Position numbers and translations under genes: made by a program. Positions 20,565 through 30,464 of a stretch of 64,000 nt of DNA are shown one piece after another. Origin of the DNA: Candidatus Cloacimonadales bacterium (GTDB lineage: Bacteria; Cloacimonadota; Cloacimonadia; Cloacimonadales; JAFGVF01). Where the stretch lies: positions 2,880,001 through 2,944,000 of the forward strand of contig OY759729.1 in the NCBI GenBank assembly GCA_963662585.1. The letters run 5' to 3'. The notes under the pieces are model-generated. The model ran no database searches and was not told the origin of the DNA. It was given only the letters and a program-made list of their open reading frames with translations. Position 1 is the stretch's first letter. Every line of letters starts with the position of its first letter.

Positions 20565-22556
20565 ATGAAATTAACTAAGTATAAATTTGTTGTAGTAGCT
20601 TTCTTTGTTTTTTTTATAACAATATTTAGCTCTTTTACCAACATATTTATTCAGTTAGAAACTAAATTATATGACCTCTTTATGCAACAAAGAGGTCATC
20701 TTTCTCTTACTGATAAAGTAGAGATTGTCGCAATTGATGAAGAAACAATGAGAATTTTAAACATTCAATGGCCTCTGCCACGCTCTCTCTATATTCAAGC
20801 TATAGAGAATATCAGAAAAGCAGGGGGACAAGTAATTGTCTTCGATATTCAATTCCCTGAAACAGCCCAGATTTCTCTTATAGGTGATGAAAATCAATTC
20901 TTAGTGGAATCGGTGAATGAAAAGTTAGAACAATACGATAGAGAATTAGGAGTTATTTCTAAGGAAAATAATGTTATCCATGCCTGTAAAATTGAAAAAG
21001 AAGGTAATAGTCACTTCTTACTTCTTCCTAATAAAAGAACAATGGAAGCTAACCCTAAATTAGGTTTAGTTTCTAATTTTACGGATAAAGATAACTCTTT
21101 GCGTAAATACCAAGTAATGGATGAACTCAACAAGAAAGACTATTATTCCCTTTCCTTAAAAGCTTTCTCTCTTTACCAACAGAGCCCAATTGAAGTCAAC
21201 AAAGAAGAAAAACTAATCTTGTGTGCAAATCAAGAAATTCCCTATTTTTTAAATTATCTTACCTATATCAACTATCGCAATAGTGCTGGAAGTTTTACCG
21301 GAGACAGAACAATAAACTCTGCTAGCACTTATTACTCCTTTATAGATCTTATAGATTTAAACTCAGGATTAAGCTCTGATGAGATGGATTTCTTCTCTGA
21401 TATTGAAATTGATGAAGAACTAGCAGCTAGGTTTCAAGATTTCGGGATTAGCACAGACGAGATTACTAAGACAAATTTAGATAAACTTATCGAGAAGCAA
21501 GTCTTTAAAAATAAGATTATCTTCATCGGTTCTACCTTGAAGGAACATCATGACAATTTTAGTACTCCATTTGGGGTAATGCCTGGGGTGGAAGTACATG
21601 CTAATTTCTTAGATTCTTTAATTGCTGATGATTTACTAACTCATATTAATCACTACTTTTTCCTTTTAATAATTCTTCTCGTAATTGTTTTATTTAGCTT
21701 GGTATGCCAAAAATATAATGCCTATAAAACCTTAGGTCTGCTCCTAATTATGCTTGTTATTCATTATTTAGTAGTCCTATCTGCTTTGAAGTACTTTAAT
21801 TTTATCATTCCTAAATTAGAAATAATCTTCTCCTTAGTAATTATTTACATCTTTAACTTAGTTGATAAATACCTGCAAGAAGCAAAAGCTAAGAGGGAGA
21901 TTAAATCTGCTTTCCAACATTATATGGCTCCTGAGCTTGTTGAAGAATTAATTTCTGACCCTAAACAACTTCAATATGGGGGAGCTACTAAAGAAATATC
22001 AGTTCTCTTCTCTGACATTCGTTCTTTCACAACTTTTACTGAATCTCATCCTATGGAAGAGACAGTTGCCATGCTCAGAGAGTATTTAACAGAAATGACG
22101 AAGATAGTGATAGAGAATAAGGGAATTATTGATAAATTTGTAGGAGACGAAATCATGGCCCTCTTTGGCACTCCTATCAAGGATGAGAATCATGCTTATA
22201 ATGCCTGTAAAACAGCTATGGTAATGCGGGAAAGACTTACTCAAATGCAGGAGAAGTGGAAAGAAGAAGGGAAGGATATAATAGAAATAGGAATTGGTGT
22301 TAATTCTGGATTTGCAGTAGTAGGAAACTTAGGTTCTGAGCAAGTTTTTGATTATACTGCCATTGGTGATAATATAAACTTGGGTGCTAGATTAGAAGCT
22401 TCTAATAAAAAGTATCCTAGTGATAATAAGATTATAATCTCAGAATTCACCTTGAAGCATATTGAAGATAGGGCAGAAGTTGCTTTTATTTGTAATGAAC
22501 AGGTTAAAGGTAAGAACTTAGGTGTTGATATTTATCACCTACTGAAACTTAAATAA
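20565..22556 (+). CDS. CHASE2-domain class III adenylate cyclase
   Basis: IVAIDE, WPLPR, VIVFDIQF, MPGVEVHA (CHASE2); 3 TM helices; FSDIRSFT, DKFVGD, TAIGDNINLGARLE (cyclase with ATP-specifying Lys and Thr). Confidence 0.93.
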   Translation: MKLTKYKFVVVAFFVFFITIFSSFTNIFIQLETKLYDLFMQQRGHLSLTDKVEIVAIDEETMRILNIQWPLPRSLYIQAIENIRKAGGQVIVFDIQFPETAQISLIGDENQFLVESVNEKLEQYDRELGVISKENNVIHACKIEKEGNSHFLLLPNKRTMEANPKLGLVSNFTDKDNSLRKYQVMDELNKKDYYSLSLKAFSLYQQSPIEVNKEEKLILCANQEIPYFLNYLTYINYRNSAGSFTGDRTINSASTYYSFIDLIDLNSGLSSDEMDFFSDIEIDEELAARFQDFGISTDEITKTNLDKLIEKQVFKNKIIFIGSTLKEHHDNFSTPFGVMPGVEVHANFLDSLIADDLLTHINHYFFLLIILLVIVLFSLVCQKYNAYKTLGLLLIMLVIHYLVVLSALKYFNFIIPKLEIIFSLVIIYIFNLVDKYLQEAKAKREIKSAFQHYMAPELVEELISDPKQLQYGGATKEISVLFSDIRSFTTFTESHPMEETVAMLREYLTEMTKIVIENKGIIDKFVGDEIMALFGTPIKDENHAYNACKTAMVMRERLTQMQEKWKEEGKDIIEIGIGVNSGFAVVGNLGSEQVFDYTAIGDNINLGARLEASNKKYPSDNKIIISEFTLKHIEDRAEVAFICNEQVKGKNLGVDIYHLLKLK

Positions 22557-22646
22557 AATTATAAAGAAAGAGTCGTTTATACTTGACATTAATAACTTAA
22601 AATGAATAGTAAACTATTCTAAGATATATTTTCGAAAGGAGGAGAG

Positions 22647-23735
22647 ATGTTGAAAATTTCGGTTAAAGAATTACAAGAATTTATGGTAGAAGTTTTTTCA
22701 AAATTAGGTGTAGCTCAAGATGAAGCAAAAATATGTGCTGAGGTCTTAATTGAATCAGATTTACGAGGAATCGAATCACATGGTATTGGCCGTTGTAAAA
22801 TGTATTATGACAGAATTAAAGCAGGGATTCAATTTCCTACTACTAAGATAGATGTAATTAGGGATAAATATGCTACTGCTGTCTGGGATGGTAATCATGG
22901 CATGGGACATGTTATCTCTCATAAAGCAATGCAAACAGCCATAGATAAAGCAAAACAGTATGGAATCGGATGTGTTGTAGTAAGAAACTCTACTCATTAT
23001 GGTATTGCTGGCTATTATGCTTCAATGGCGATAAAAGAAGATATGATTGGTATGACCTTCACAAATGCCAGACCTTCAATAGCTCCTACAAATGGTGTTG
23101 ATCCAATGCTAGGGACTAATCCAATTTGTTTTGGAGCTCCTTCTAACTTGGAATATCCTTTCTTATTTGATGGGGCAACTTCTATTTCTCAAAGAGGCAA
23201 GATTGAAGTGTTAGATAGAGAAGGTAAAGAGACTCCAATCGGTTGGGCTATAGATAGAGAAGGAAATCCCTTTACCGATACCAAAAAACTCTTAAAAGAC
23301 CTTGTTTCTAAACAGGCTGCTATGTTACCTATTGGTGGGGCAGATGAAGAAACTGGTTCTCATAAAGGATATAGTCTGGGTGTAATGGTTGAAATTCTCT
23401 GTGCTGCTTTACAAAATGGCTCCTACTTGCAGGGATTACATGGTTTCGATGAAGAGGGCAAGCAAGTACCATATAAATTAGGGCATTTCTTCTTAGCAAT
23501 TAATATTGACTTCTTTACTGAAATAGACGACTTTAAGAAGATAACTGGAGATATAATGAAAACTCTGCAAGGCTCACAAGTAGCTCCTAATAAAGATAAG
23601 ATTTGGATAGCAGGAGAGAAAGAGTATTATAAAGAAAAAGAAGTCCGTGCTGAAGGAGTTCCAATTACACCTGCTCTCTTAAATAATCTCAAAATAATGA
23701 AAAAAGAGTTAGGTATCGAGTTATTGGATATTTAA
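22647..23735 (+). CDS. Ldh_2 family (malate/L-lactate/sulfolactate-type) NAD(P)-dependent oxidoreductase
   Basis: SDLRGIESHG, RNSTHYG, GTNPI, HKGY.L motifs; TTGACA at 22583. Confidence 0.9.
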   Translation: MLKISVKELQEFMVEVFSKLGVAQDEAKICAEVLIESDLRGIESHGIGRCKMYYDRIKAGIQFPTTKIDVIRDKYATAVWDGNHGMGHVISHKAMQTAIDKAKQYGIGCVVVRNSTHYGIAGYYASMAIKEDMIGMTFTNARPSIAPTNGVDPMLGTNPICFGAPSNLEYPFLFDGATSISQRGKIEVLDREGKETPIGWAIDREGNPFTDTKKLLKDLVSKQAAMLPIGGADEETGSHKGYSLGVMVEILCAALQNGSYLQGLHGFDEEGKQVPYKLGHFFLAINIDFFTEIDDFKKITGDIMKTLQGSQVAPNKDKIWIAGEKEYYKEKEVRAEGVPITPALLNNLKIMKKELGIELLDI

Positions 23736-23827
23736 GAAAGATTAGCTCAATAATTGTTTCGCTTGACAAAAATAATATAAATTACATATATTTAAAATAA
23801 TAAAAATAATATATTAAGGGAGAAAAT

Positions 23828-25285
23828 ATGAAAAAGATTTTTATGTTTTTATTGATTCTACTACCTCTTGTTCTAATGGCACAAGTAGGTGGTGAAGAGG
23901 GTTCTCAATCTACTGATTTTCAAATGGGTGGTTCTGTTGGAGCTACAACTATTAATGGAGAAACATATACTAGAATAAGACTAAATCCTGAACTCTCATT
24001 TTGGAAGTTTGGAGTTGGTTTAGATATTGATTTGTTAATAACTGGGGCTGGAGATATTAGAGAAGAGGATTGGGATGAATGGCAAGACTACATAAACAAG
24101 ATTCTCTATCTAAGATATGCTCATCGTGGCGATCCCTTCTATGCTTTAGTAGGAAGTTTCCCATCTTACACTTTAGCAAATGGACTTATTATTAATGGTT
24201 ATACTAATATGCTTAACTATCCTGATCAAAAGAAGATAGGTGGGTATATGGGATTTAATACAGATATTAGTGGTTTTGGTATGGAAATGTTTGCTGCCGA
24301 TTTTAGACAGATGGATATTTTTGCCACCAGAGCTCATTTCAAACCAATGAAAGTATCGAATTTTCCTCTCTTAGAGAACTTTGTCTTAGGAGCATCTTTT
24401 GCTCATGACAGAGACCAATATTTGAGATTTGAAGATTCAGATAATGATAATGTTCCTGATATTTTTGACGATTTCCCCAATGATGGTGATCATGCTGTTG
24501 ATACTGATGGAGATGGTTTTAATGATGAAGAAGATATTGATGCAGATGGAGATAATATTTATGATCCTCTAGATCCAGATATTCAGTTAGCAGAAAGACC
24601 TGTTTATGATAAAGCAGAAAGTGTAAGTATCCTGGGTGTAGATTATTTATTACCTATTATTGATCAAGAGTATCTTAAATTCTATCACTATGCAGAAGCA
24701 GCTAAGATTGTAGATTATGGTATGGGTTTTATCTTCCCTGGATTCGGTGCTAAGGTAGCTATCTTTGATTTAAAACTTGAAGGTAGAAGATTTGAAGATG
24801 AGTTTATTCCTGGATTTTTTGATTATTTATATGATGATCAGAGAGCTTTTGTTGTAGGAGAAGAGATTTATACTAAAACTTCAATTCTTAATTCAGTGAA
24901 TGCTTCCACAGGTTGGTATGGTTCAGCAACAACAAACATTGCTAATATTATCTATTTTGATTTAGCTTATCAAGATATGTATGGTAAAGATGTAATAACT
25001 GGCAAATCTCTTTGGGCTGGACTAAGAGCAGATACAAGTATGATACCAAAGATTAAAGAAGCATCGATAATGTACTCTCAAACAAATAAGCAATACATCA
25101 ATTTTACAGAGTTTAGAAATGAGAATGCTACCGTTAATGGTAAAGTTTCTTATGAATTGGGTGGAAACTCATTTCTAGTTGGAAATTATCAAGAACGCTA
25201 TTCTGATACAAATGGTGATGGTAAAATTAAAGGTGAAGATGAAATCGCCAAAACATTCAGTTTTACTGTCGAATTTTTATTCTAA
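23828..25285 (+). CDS. Probable outer-membrane beta-barrel protein with thrombospondin-3-like Ca2+-binding insert
   Basis: Signal peptide; DSDNDNVPD..DDFPND / DTDGDG / DADGDN repeats; C-terminal FSFTVEFLF. Confidence 0.6.
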   Translation: MKKIFMFLLILLPLVLMAQVGGEEGSQSTDFQMGGSVGATTINGETYTRIRLNPELSFWKFGVGLDIDLLITGAGDIREEDWDEWQDYINKILYLRYAHRGDPFYALVGSFPSYTLANGLIINGYTNMLNYPDQKKIGGYMGFNTDISGFGMEMFAADFRQMDIFATRAHFKPMKVSNFPLLENFVLGASFAHDRDQYLRFEDSDNDNVPDIFDDFPNDGDHAVDTDGDGFNDEEDIDADGDNIYDPLDPDIQLAERPVYDKAESVSILGVDYLLPIIDQEYLKFYHYAEAAKIVDYGMGFIFPGFGAKVAIFDLKLEGRRFEDEFIPGFFDYLYDDQRAFVVGEEIYTKTSILNSVNASTGWYGSATTNIANIIYFDLAYQDMYGKDVITGKSLWAGLRADTSMIPKIKEASIMYSQTNKQYINFTEFRNENATVNGKVSYELGGNSFLVGNYQERYSDTNGDGKIKGEDEIAKTFSFTVEFLF

Positions 25286-25294
25286 GATTAAAAT

Positions 25295-26917
25295 ATGGAA
25301 ACATACCTTATAATAATAAATTCTTTGTTATTACTTCTAGTAATTGTTCTGCTTGTGAAAAGAAGCAAGCAGACAGTTACTGTAGAGAGAGAAGAGACAA
25401 GTGAATCAAACCATTTACGGATTACTGAAAAAGAGAATAATCTGCTTTTCCGACTCCATGTTCCTGCTATTAGAATTAATATCGAAGGCTTGATAGAAGA
25501 ATATAACTATAAAGCTAAAGATTTGATACCTAATATAGAGCTAGGAAAAACTTCTGAACCTGATTTAATAATCTCGTCTTATGAACCTCAACTCCCATTT
25601 AAAGAGGCTTTTATTAAGAGGGAGATAATAACAAAGAAGTTAGTGCTTGGGCAAAAACAATATGAAATGAAGATTATACCTATCTACCAACATAGTAATA
25701 TAAATGGATTTTATGAGATTTTTACAGATATTACAGAGCTAGAAGAGTTACGCAAAAGTAAAGAACAACGCTCTAAATTAGAGACTATTGGTCATCTCTC
25801 AATGGGAATGGCTCATGATTTCAATAATATTTTGCAAGTAATCATCGGTAATGCTGAACTTTGTTTAGATTACGGTGAAAGTAATGAAGTATATACTGAA
25901 AATATTGATACTATTATTCAAGCAGCTAATAAAGCCTCTTCTTTAACAAAACAGCTTCTTATCTTCTCCCGTAAGCAAGAAGTAGAATATATTGAAATGG
26001 ATGTCAATGACTCCTTAGTATATATGCGTAAGATGATAACAAGACTTATTGGTGAGAATATTAATATTGATTTAAAACTCTCCCAAGCTCCTGTTAAAAT
26101 CAAAGCTGATGAGATACAATTTGAGCAAATTATTCTTAATTTATGCTTGAATGCTCGTGACGCTATGGAGAATGGTGGTACTATCAAAATCTCTACTGAA
26201 GAGATTGAGGTAAAAGAGGGAGATTTCTCATCTAATGTAGAGAGAAGAGCAGGAAAATACTTGAAATTATCGGTTGCTGATACTGGAGTTGGTATATCTC
26301 CTGAACATATTGAAAAGATTTTTGAACCCTTCTTTACTACTAAAAAACAAGGTAAGGGTACAGGCTTAGGTTTATCTAATGTTCAAGGTATTGTTAAACA
26401 ATACAATGGCTTTGTTGATATTGAAAGCAATATTGGCTTTGGAACTGTATTTAAAGTCTATTTACCTGTTTATAAAAAGAGCTTAAGTAGCGTTCTAGTA
26501 GAAGAACAATTGGAAAAGAAGAAAGTTTTTGGCAAACAAGAGAAAGTTCTTCTAATTGAAGATGATAATCTAATCTGCAATGTTATCTTGAAAATCCTTA
26601 GAAAGAACAATTTTTCAGTTGTAGCTTGTAAAGATATTGCCTCAGCTTCTGAGATAATTAAGGAGAAATTAAATAGCTTAGATTTAATAATTTCAGATTT
26701 AATTCTTCCTGATGGTGATGGATATTCTCTTTATAATTCTTTAAAGAGCATAAATAGTAATGTCCCATTTATCATTACCAGTGGTTACTCTAAAGAAAAA
26801 GAAGAACTTAAGAAACTAATGAGTGAAGGTATTATGTTCCTAAGAAAACCATTTTCATCTGAAGATTTGCTAAATGCAGTTTTCACTACTTTGAAAAATA
26901 ATGATAACAAATCATAA
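25295..26917 (+). CDS. Hybrid sensor histidine kinase/receiver (CckA-like architecture)
   Basis: N-terminal [32 protein letters not shown]; receiver LIEDD...ISD...KPF. Confidence 0.93.
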   Translation: METYLIIINSLLLLLVIVLLVKRSKQTVTVEREETSESNHLRITEKENNLLFRLHVPAIRINIEGLIEEYNYKAKDLIPNIELGKTSEPDLIISSYEPQLPFKEAFIKREIITKKLVLGQKQYEMKIIPIYQHSNINGFYEIFTDITELEELRKSKEQRSKLETIGHLSMGMAHDFNNILQVIIGNAELCLDYGESNEVYTENIDTIIQAANKASSLTKQLLIFSRKQEVEYIEMDVNDSLVYMRKMITRLIGENINIDLKLSQAPVKIKADEIQFEQIILNLCLNARDAMENGGTIKISTEEIEVKEGDFSSNVERRAGKYLKLSVADTGVGISPEHIEKIFEPFFTTKKQGKGTGLGLSNVQGIVKQYNGFVDIESNIGFGTVFKVYLPVYKKSLSSVLVEEQLEKKKVFGKQEKVLLIEDDNLICNVILKILRKNNFSVVACKDIASASEIIKEKLNSLDLIISDLILPDGDGYSLYNSLKSINSNVPFIITSGYSKEKEELKKLMSEGIMFLRKPFSSEDLLNAVFTTLKNNDNKS

Positions 26918-26942
26918 AATTCTAAAAACTTAATGGTAAATT

Positions 26943-29291
26943 ATGTTAGATAAAGCAATGAAGTCAATATTAATAATTTTCTTCTTGAATATTATTATCT
27001 TACCCTTTTGGGCTTTAAACAAACTTGAACAGGAAATCAGTGATCTAGAAAAATCCACTACTCAAGATTCTATTTTAATAAGACTTTATGAAGAAGGATA
27101 TAATCAATTCCGAGTGAGTGATCCAGCAAAATCTATCCAATATCTAAAAAAGTTAGCAGTCGTTCATGAAAATATGGGTGATGTAGATAGGAAATTTGAT
27201 AGATTTGTTAGAATTGGTCAAATGTATCATACACTAGGAATGTATCCCTTTGCCTTAGAATATCTTTTTGAAGCAAGTGACTACTTTTTGAAAGTAGATG
27301 ATGATATCAGATTAGCTTGGCTGTACTCCGATATTGGAAATGTCTATTTTGCTCTGGGGCAATTTGATATTGCTGAACCATATTACAATAATGGACTTGA
27401 TATTATGCTTGATGGTGATGATAAGTATGGTCAGTCTGTAATGTTGAGTAATATAGCCTTGTGTCAAGGAGCTAGAGGTAATTACCAAGAATCTTTAAAA
27501 AAATTGGAAATAGCTTTAAAACTCAGATTAGAACTAGGTGGTGTATATGCAATTGACCACGCTAAGCTTCTCATTGCAAAACATTATGCTACTGTGGGAG
27601 AACTTGCTAAATCAGCTAAGGTTTATCTGGAAATCTGGGATGAGAACTTGTATGATGAAGAGTATACTGATGAATCAAAAATTCTAAAAGCTGTCTCTGG
27701 AGCAGCCCTTTTTAGTTACTACAAGAGTCTGGGTGATAATGCTATTGCTGAAAAGTATCTTGATGATAGTATATCATTGATAGAAGAAGTTGGTGATAAT
27801 TTTAGTTTAGTATCGGTTCTTGCCCAAAAAGCTAATTATCTGGTTGAGAAGAATCAAAATGATGATGCAATTAAAATATATAGAGAAATATTGGAATCTG
27901 CTAAAAATCATGGCTTTATCTCTAAAGCTCATGATTATTCTGATTGGTTGGTACAAATAAATCTTAAGGTAGGAAATATAGGAGAAGTTGAAAAATACTA
28001 TAGGGATTATTCTGCATTGACCGATTCACTTCTGAACCAAAAGAATCCAGAGAATTTAGTTAAGCTTCATTCAATTATTCAAAACCATCTTAAGGAAGTT
28101 GAGAATAATCATCTGAAAAAACAGCAGATTTATTCAAGAAGAATTTTGATCATAAGTATTATATTTTCGTTTATCATCGTCATCATGATAAGCTTAATTT
28201 ATATCAAAGATAAGAAAGATTTTGCTAAGATTAAAAACTTAGCTAATGCTTCTTCTGAAGGTATTATTGTTCATGACCGAGGTAATATTATTGATTATAA
28301 CAATCAGTTTAAGAGCATGTTTCAGAAGACAGATTCTGGCTTAATGCCCAAAAATATGTTAGAATATGCTCTCAATGATGGTTATGAAGATTTAAATAGG
28401 CTTCTTCTTGCTGACGAAAAAGTAGAATTAAAAACAAAACTACTTTCTGGTAATGGAAAAATTATTGATGTTAGAATCACATCAAGACCTTATACTTATA
28501 GACACAAAGAGGTGCGAGTTGCAGTAATCCAAGATATTACAAATATAAATCAATATATTAATTCGCTAATAGAAACACAAAAAGAGTTAAAAGTACTAAA
28601 TACTACCAAAGATAGATTATTCTCGGTGATTGCTCACGACTTAAAGAATCCTTTTAATGCAATTATCGGCTTCTCTAGTTTAATGAAAGATTCTTGGAAA
28701 AGTATCGATGCTGATGAAGTTGATGAGATGTTGGAGATGATTAATGAATCTTCTATTTCAGCCCATACTCTTTTAGAAAACCTCCTCGATTGGGCGAGAA
28801 TTCAAACAGGACAATTTAAAGTTAATCCTACAACTTTCAAATTATGTAATTCAATCAAAGAATCTTTTTCTCTTTTGGCAACTTCGATAAAGCTAAAGCA
28901 AATTGATGTAAATATTGAATGCGATGATTCTATAAAGATTTTTGCAGATTCTAGAATGCTGAACACCATAATTAGAAACCTCTTAACAAACTCTTTAAAG
29001 TTTACTCATGTTAATGGAGCAATTAATGTTAAAGTTAGTGAAGATTCGGAGTCGATTAAAATCTCTGTTGCAGATAACGGGGTTGGTATTTCACAGGAAG
29101 ATTTAGAAAATATGTTCAAAATCGATAGAATCACAAGTAATGTAGGAACTAATAATGAGAAAGGAACTGGTTTAGGCTTAATCCTCTGCAAAGAACTTGT
29201 TGAAATCCAAAAAGGGAAAATTATCATTGAGAGTGAGTTAGGAAAAGGAAGTAATTTCACTGTTCTTTTTCCTAGAAAAGAATTAATTTAA
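26943..29291 (+). CDS. TPR + PAS sensor histidine kinase
   Basis: Periplasmic TPR-like helices, TM near aa 400, PAS-like segment, AHDLKNPF, NSLKFT, DNGVG, GTGLGL. Confidence 0.9.
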   Translation: MLDKAMKSILIIFFLNIIILPFWALNKLEQEISDLEKSTTQDSILIRLYEEGYNQFRVSDPAKSIQYLKKLAVVHENMGDVDRKFDRFVRIGQMYHTLGMYPFALEYLFEASDYFLKVDDDIRLAWLYSDIGNVYFALGQFDIAEPYYNNGLDIMLDGDDKYGQSVMLSNIALCQGARGNYQESLKKLEIALKLRLELGGVYAIDHAKLLIAKHYATVGELAKSAKVYLEIWDENLYDEEYTDESKILKAVSGAALFSYYKSLGDNAIAEKYLDDSISLIEEVGDNFSLVSVLAQKANYLVEKNQNDDAIKIYREILESAKNHGFISKAHDYSDWLVQINLKVGNIGEVEKYYRDYSALTDSLLNQKNPENLVKLHSIIQNHLKEVENNHLKKQQIYSRRILIISIIFSFIIVIMISLIYIKDKKDFAKIKNLANASSEGIIVHDRGNIIDYNNQFKSMFQKTDSGLMPKNMLEYALNDGYEDLNRLLLADEKVELKTKLLSGNGKIIDVRITSRPYTYRHKEVRVAVIQDITNINQYINSLIETQKELKVLNTTKDRLFSVIAHDLKNPFNAIIGFSSLMKDSWKSIDADEVDEMLEMINESSISAHTLLENLLDWARIQTGQFKVNPTTFKLCNSIKESFSLLATSIKLKQIDVNIECDDSIKIFADSRMLNTIIRNLLTNSLKFTHVNGAINVKVSEDSESIKISVADNGVGISQEDLENMFKIDRITSNVGTNNEKGTGLGLILCKELVEIQKGKIIIESELGKGSNFTVLFPRKELI

Positions 29292-29345
29292 TTTTAAAAA
29301 AAAATACTTGTCAAAAAAACAGATGAAAATAACTTTTCTCAAAGT

Positions 29346-29423
29346 CGGGATGTAGCGCAGTCCGGGTAGCGTACCTGAATGGGGTTCAGGCGGTCGCTGG
29401 TTCAAATCCAGTCATCCCGACCA
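29346..29423 (+). tRNA. tRNA-Pro(GGG)
   Basis: CGGGATG/CATCCCG acceptor stem, anticodon arm CCTGA-ATGGGGT-TCAGG, GGTTCAAATCC T-arm, encoded CCA. Confidence 0.97.
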
Positions 29424-29573
29424 GTAGAATAATCTTAAAAAGTTCTTGACGAATTTATGGGGTTTTGCTATATATGAATGATATATATAAGGGAAGATAT
29501 ATATCTATACTAATACGACTTCTATTTTAATTAATTAAATAAAAAAAAATATATATGAAAAATAGGAGTCCAG

Positions 29574-30464
29574 ATGAAAAAACTATCTATTAATGGATTA
29601 AGTAAAACTTATTCTAATGGTACACATGCTCTTAAGGAAGTTAATTTAGAAATCACCCAAGGTATGTTTGGGTTATTAGGTCCTAATGGAGCAGGAAAAT
29701 CAACTTTAATGCGAACAATTGCTACACTTCAATCTAATGATACTGGTAATATCAAATTTGATGGTATTGATATACAAGAGAATAAAAATGAAATCAAAAA
29801 GAAATTAGGCTTCTTGCCTCAAAATTTCGATTTTTATCCTAATCTATCAGCTTGGGATACTCTTAATTATTATGCTGTTTTAAAAGGAATAACTAACAAT
29901 ACAGAAAGAAAGAATCTTGTTACTGAATGGTTAGTAAAAGTTAATCTTTTTGATCAGAGAAAGAAGAGAGTCGGTGGCTTTTCTGGTGGTATGAAACAGC
30001 GTTTAGGTATTGCTCAGGCACTGATTGCTAATCCTGAATTAGTCATCGTAGATGAACCAACAGCAGGTTTAGATCCTAAAGAAAGAAATCATTTTCATAA
30101 TATTCTTTCTGAAATCGGGGAAGATAAGATTGTGATTCTATCTACTCACATTGTTGATGATGTAAGTGATCTCTGTAGGGATATGGCTATTATTAATTTT
30201 GGTCAAGTTATTCTTCAAGGTTCTCCACTTACAGAAACTGAAAAGTTAAAGGGTAAAATCTGGAGAAAGCTAATCAAAAAAGATGAATTAGATTGGTATT
30301 CTAGCGAGTTTGAAGTAATCTCATCTCATCTCTACATGGGTGATATTAGAATAATTGTCCATTCAGATTATGAGCTTAATGGTTTTGAAGTAAAAGAACC
30401 TGATTTAGAAGATGTTTATTTCAAGACAATACCTCATCAAGGCGTTAAAGCCGGAGGTCAATAA
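29574..30464 (+). CDS. ABC transporter ATP-binding protein
   Basis: GPNGAGKST, FSGGMKQR, IVDEP, STH. Confidence 0.95.
   Translation: MKKLSINGLSKTYSNGTHALKEVNLEITQGMFGLLGPNGAGKSTLMRTIATLQSNDTGNIKFDGIDIQENKNEIKKKLGFLPQNFDFYPNLSAWDTLNYYAVLKGITNNTERKNLVTEWLVKVNLFDQRKKRVGGFSGGMKQRLGIAQALIANPELVIVDEPTAGLDPKERNHFHNILSEIGEDKIVILSTHIVDDVSDLCRDMAIINFGQVILQGSPLTETEKLKGKIWRKLIKKDELDWYSSEFEVISSHLYMGDIRIIVHSDYELNGFEVKEPDLEDVYFKTIPHQGVKAGGQ

Noticed and set aside
29346..29423. tRNA-Pro as an integration site; A32-U38 pair as an oddity
   Set aside because: No duplicated tRNA 3' end or integrase in the window; A32-U38 is normal for tRNA-Pro(GGG).
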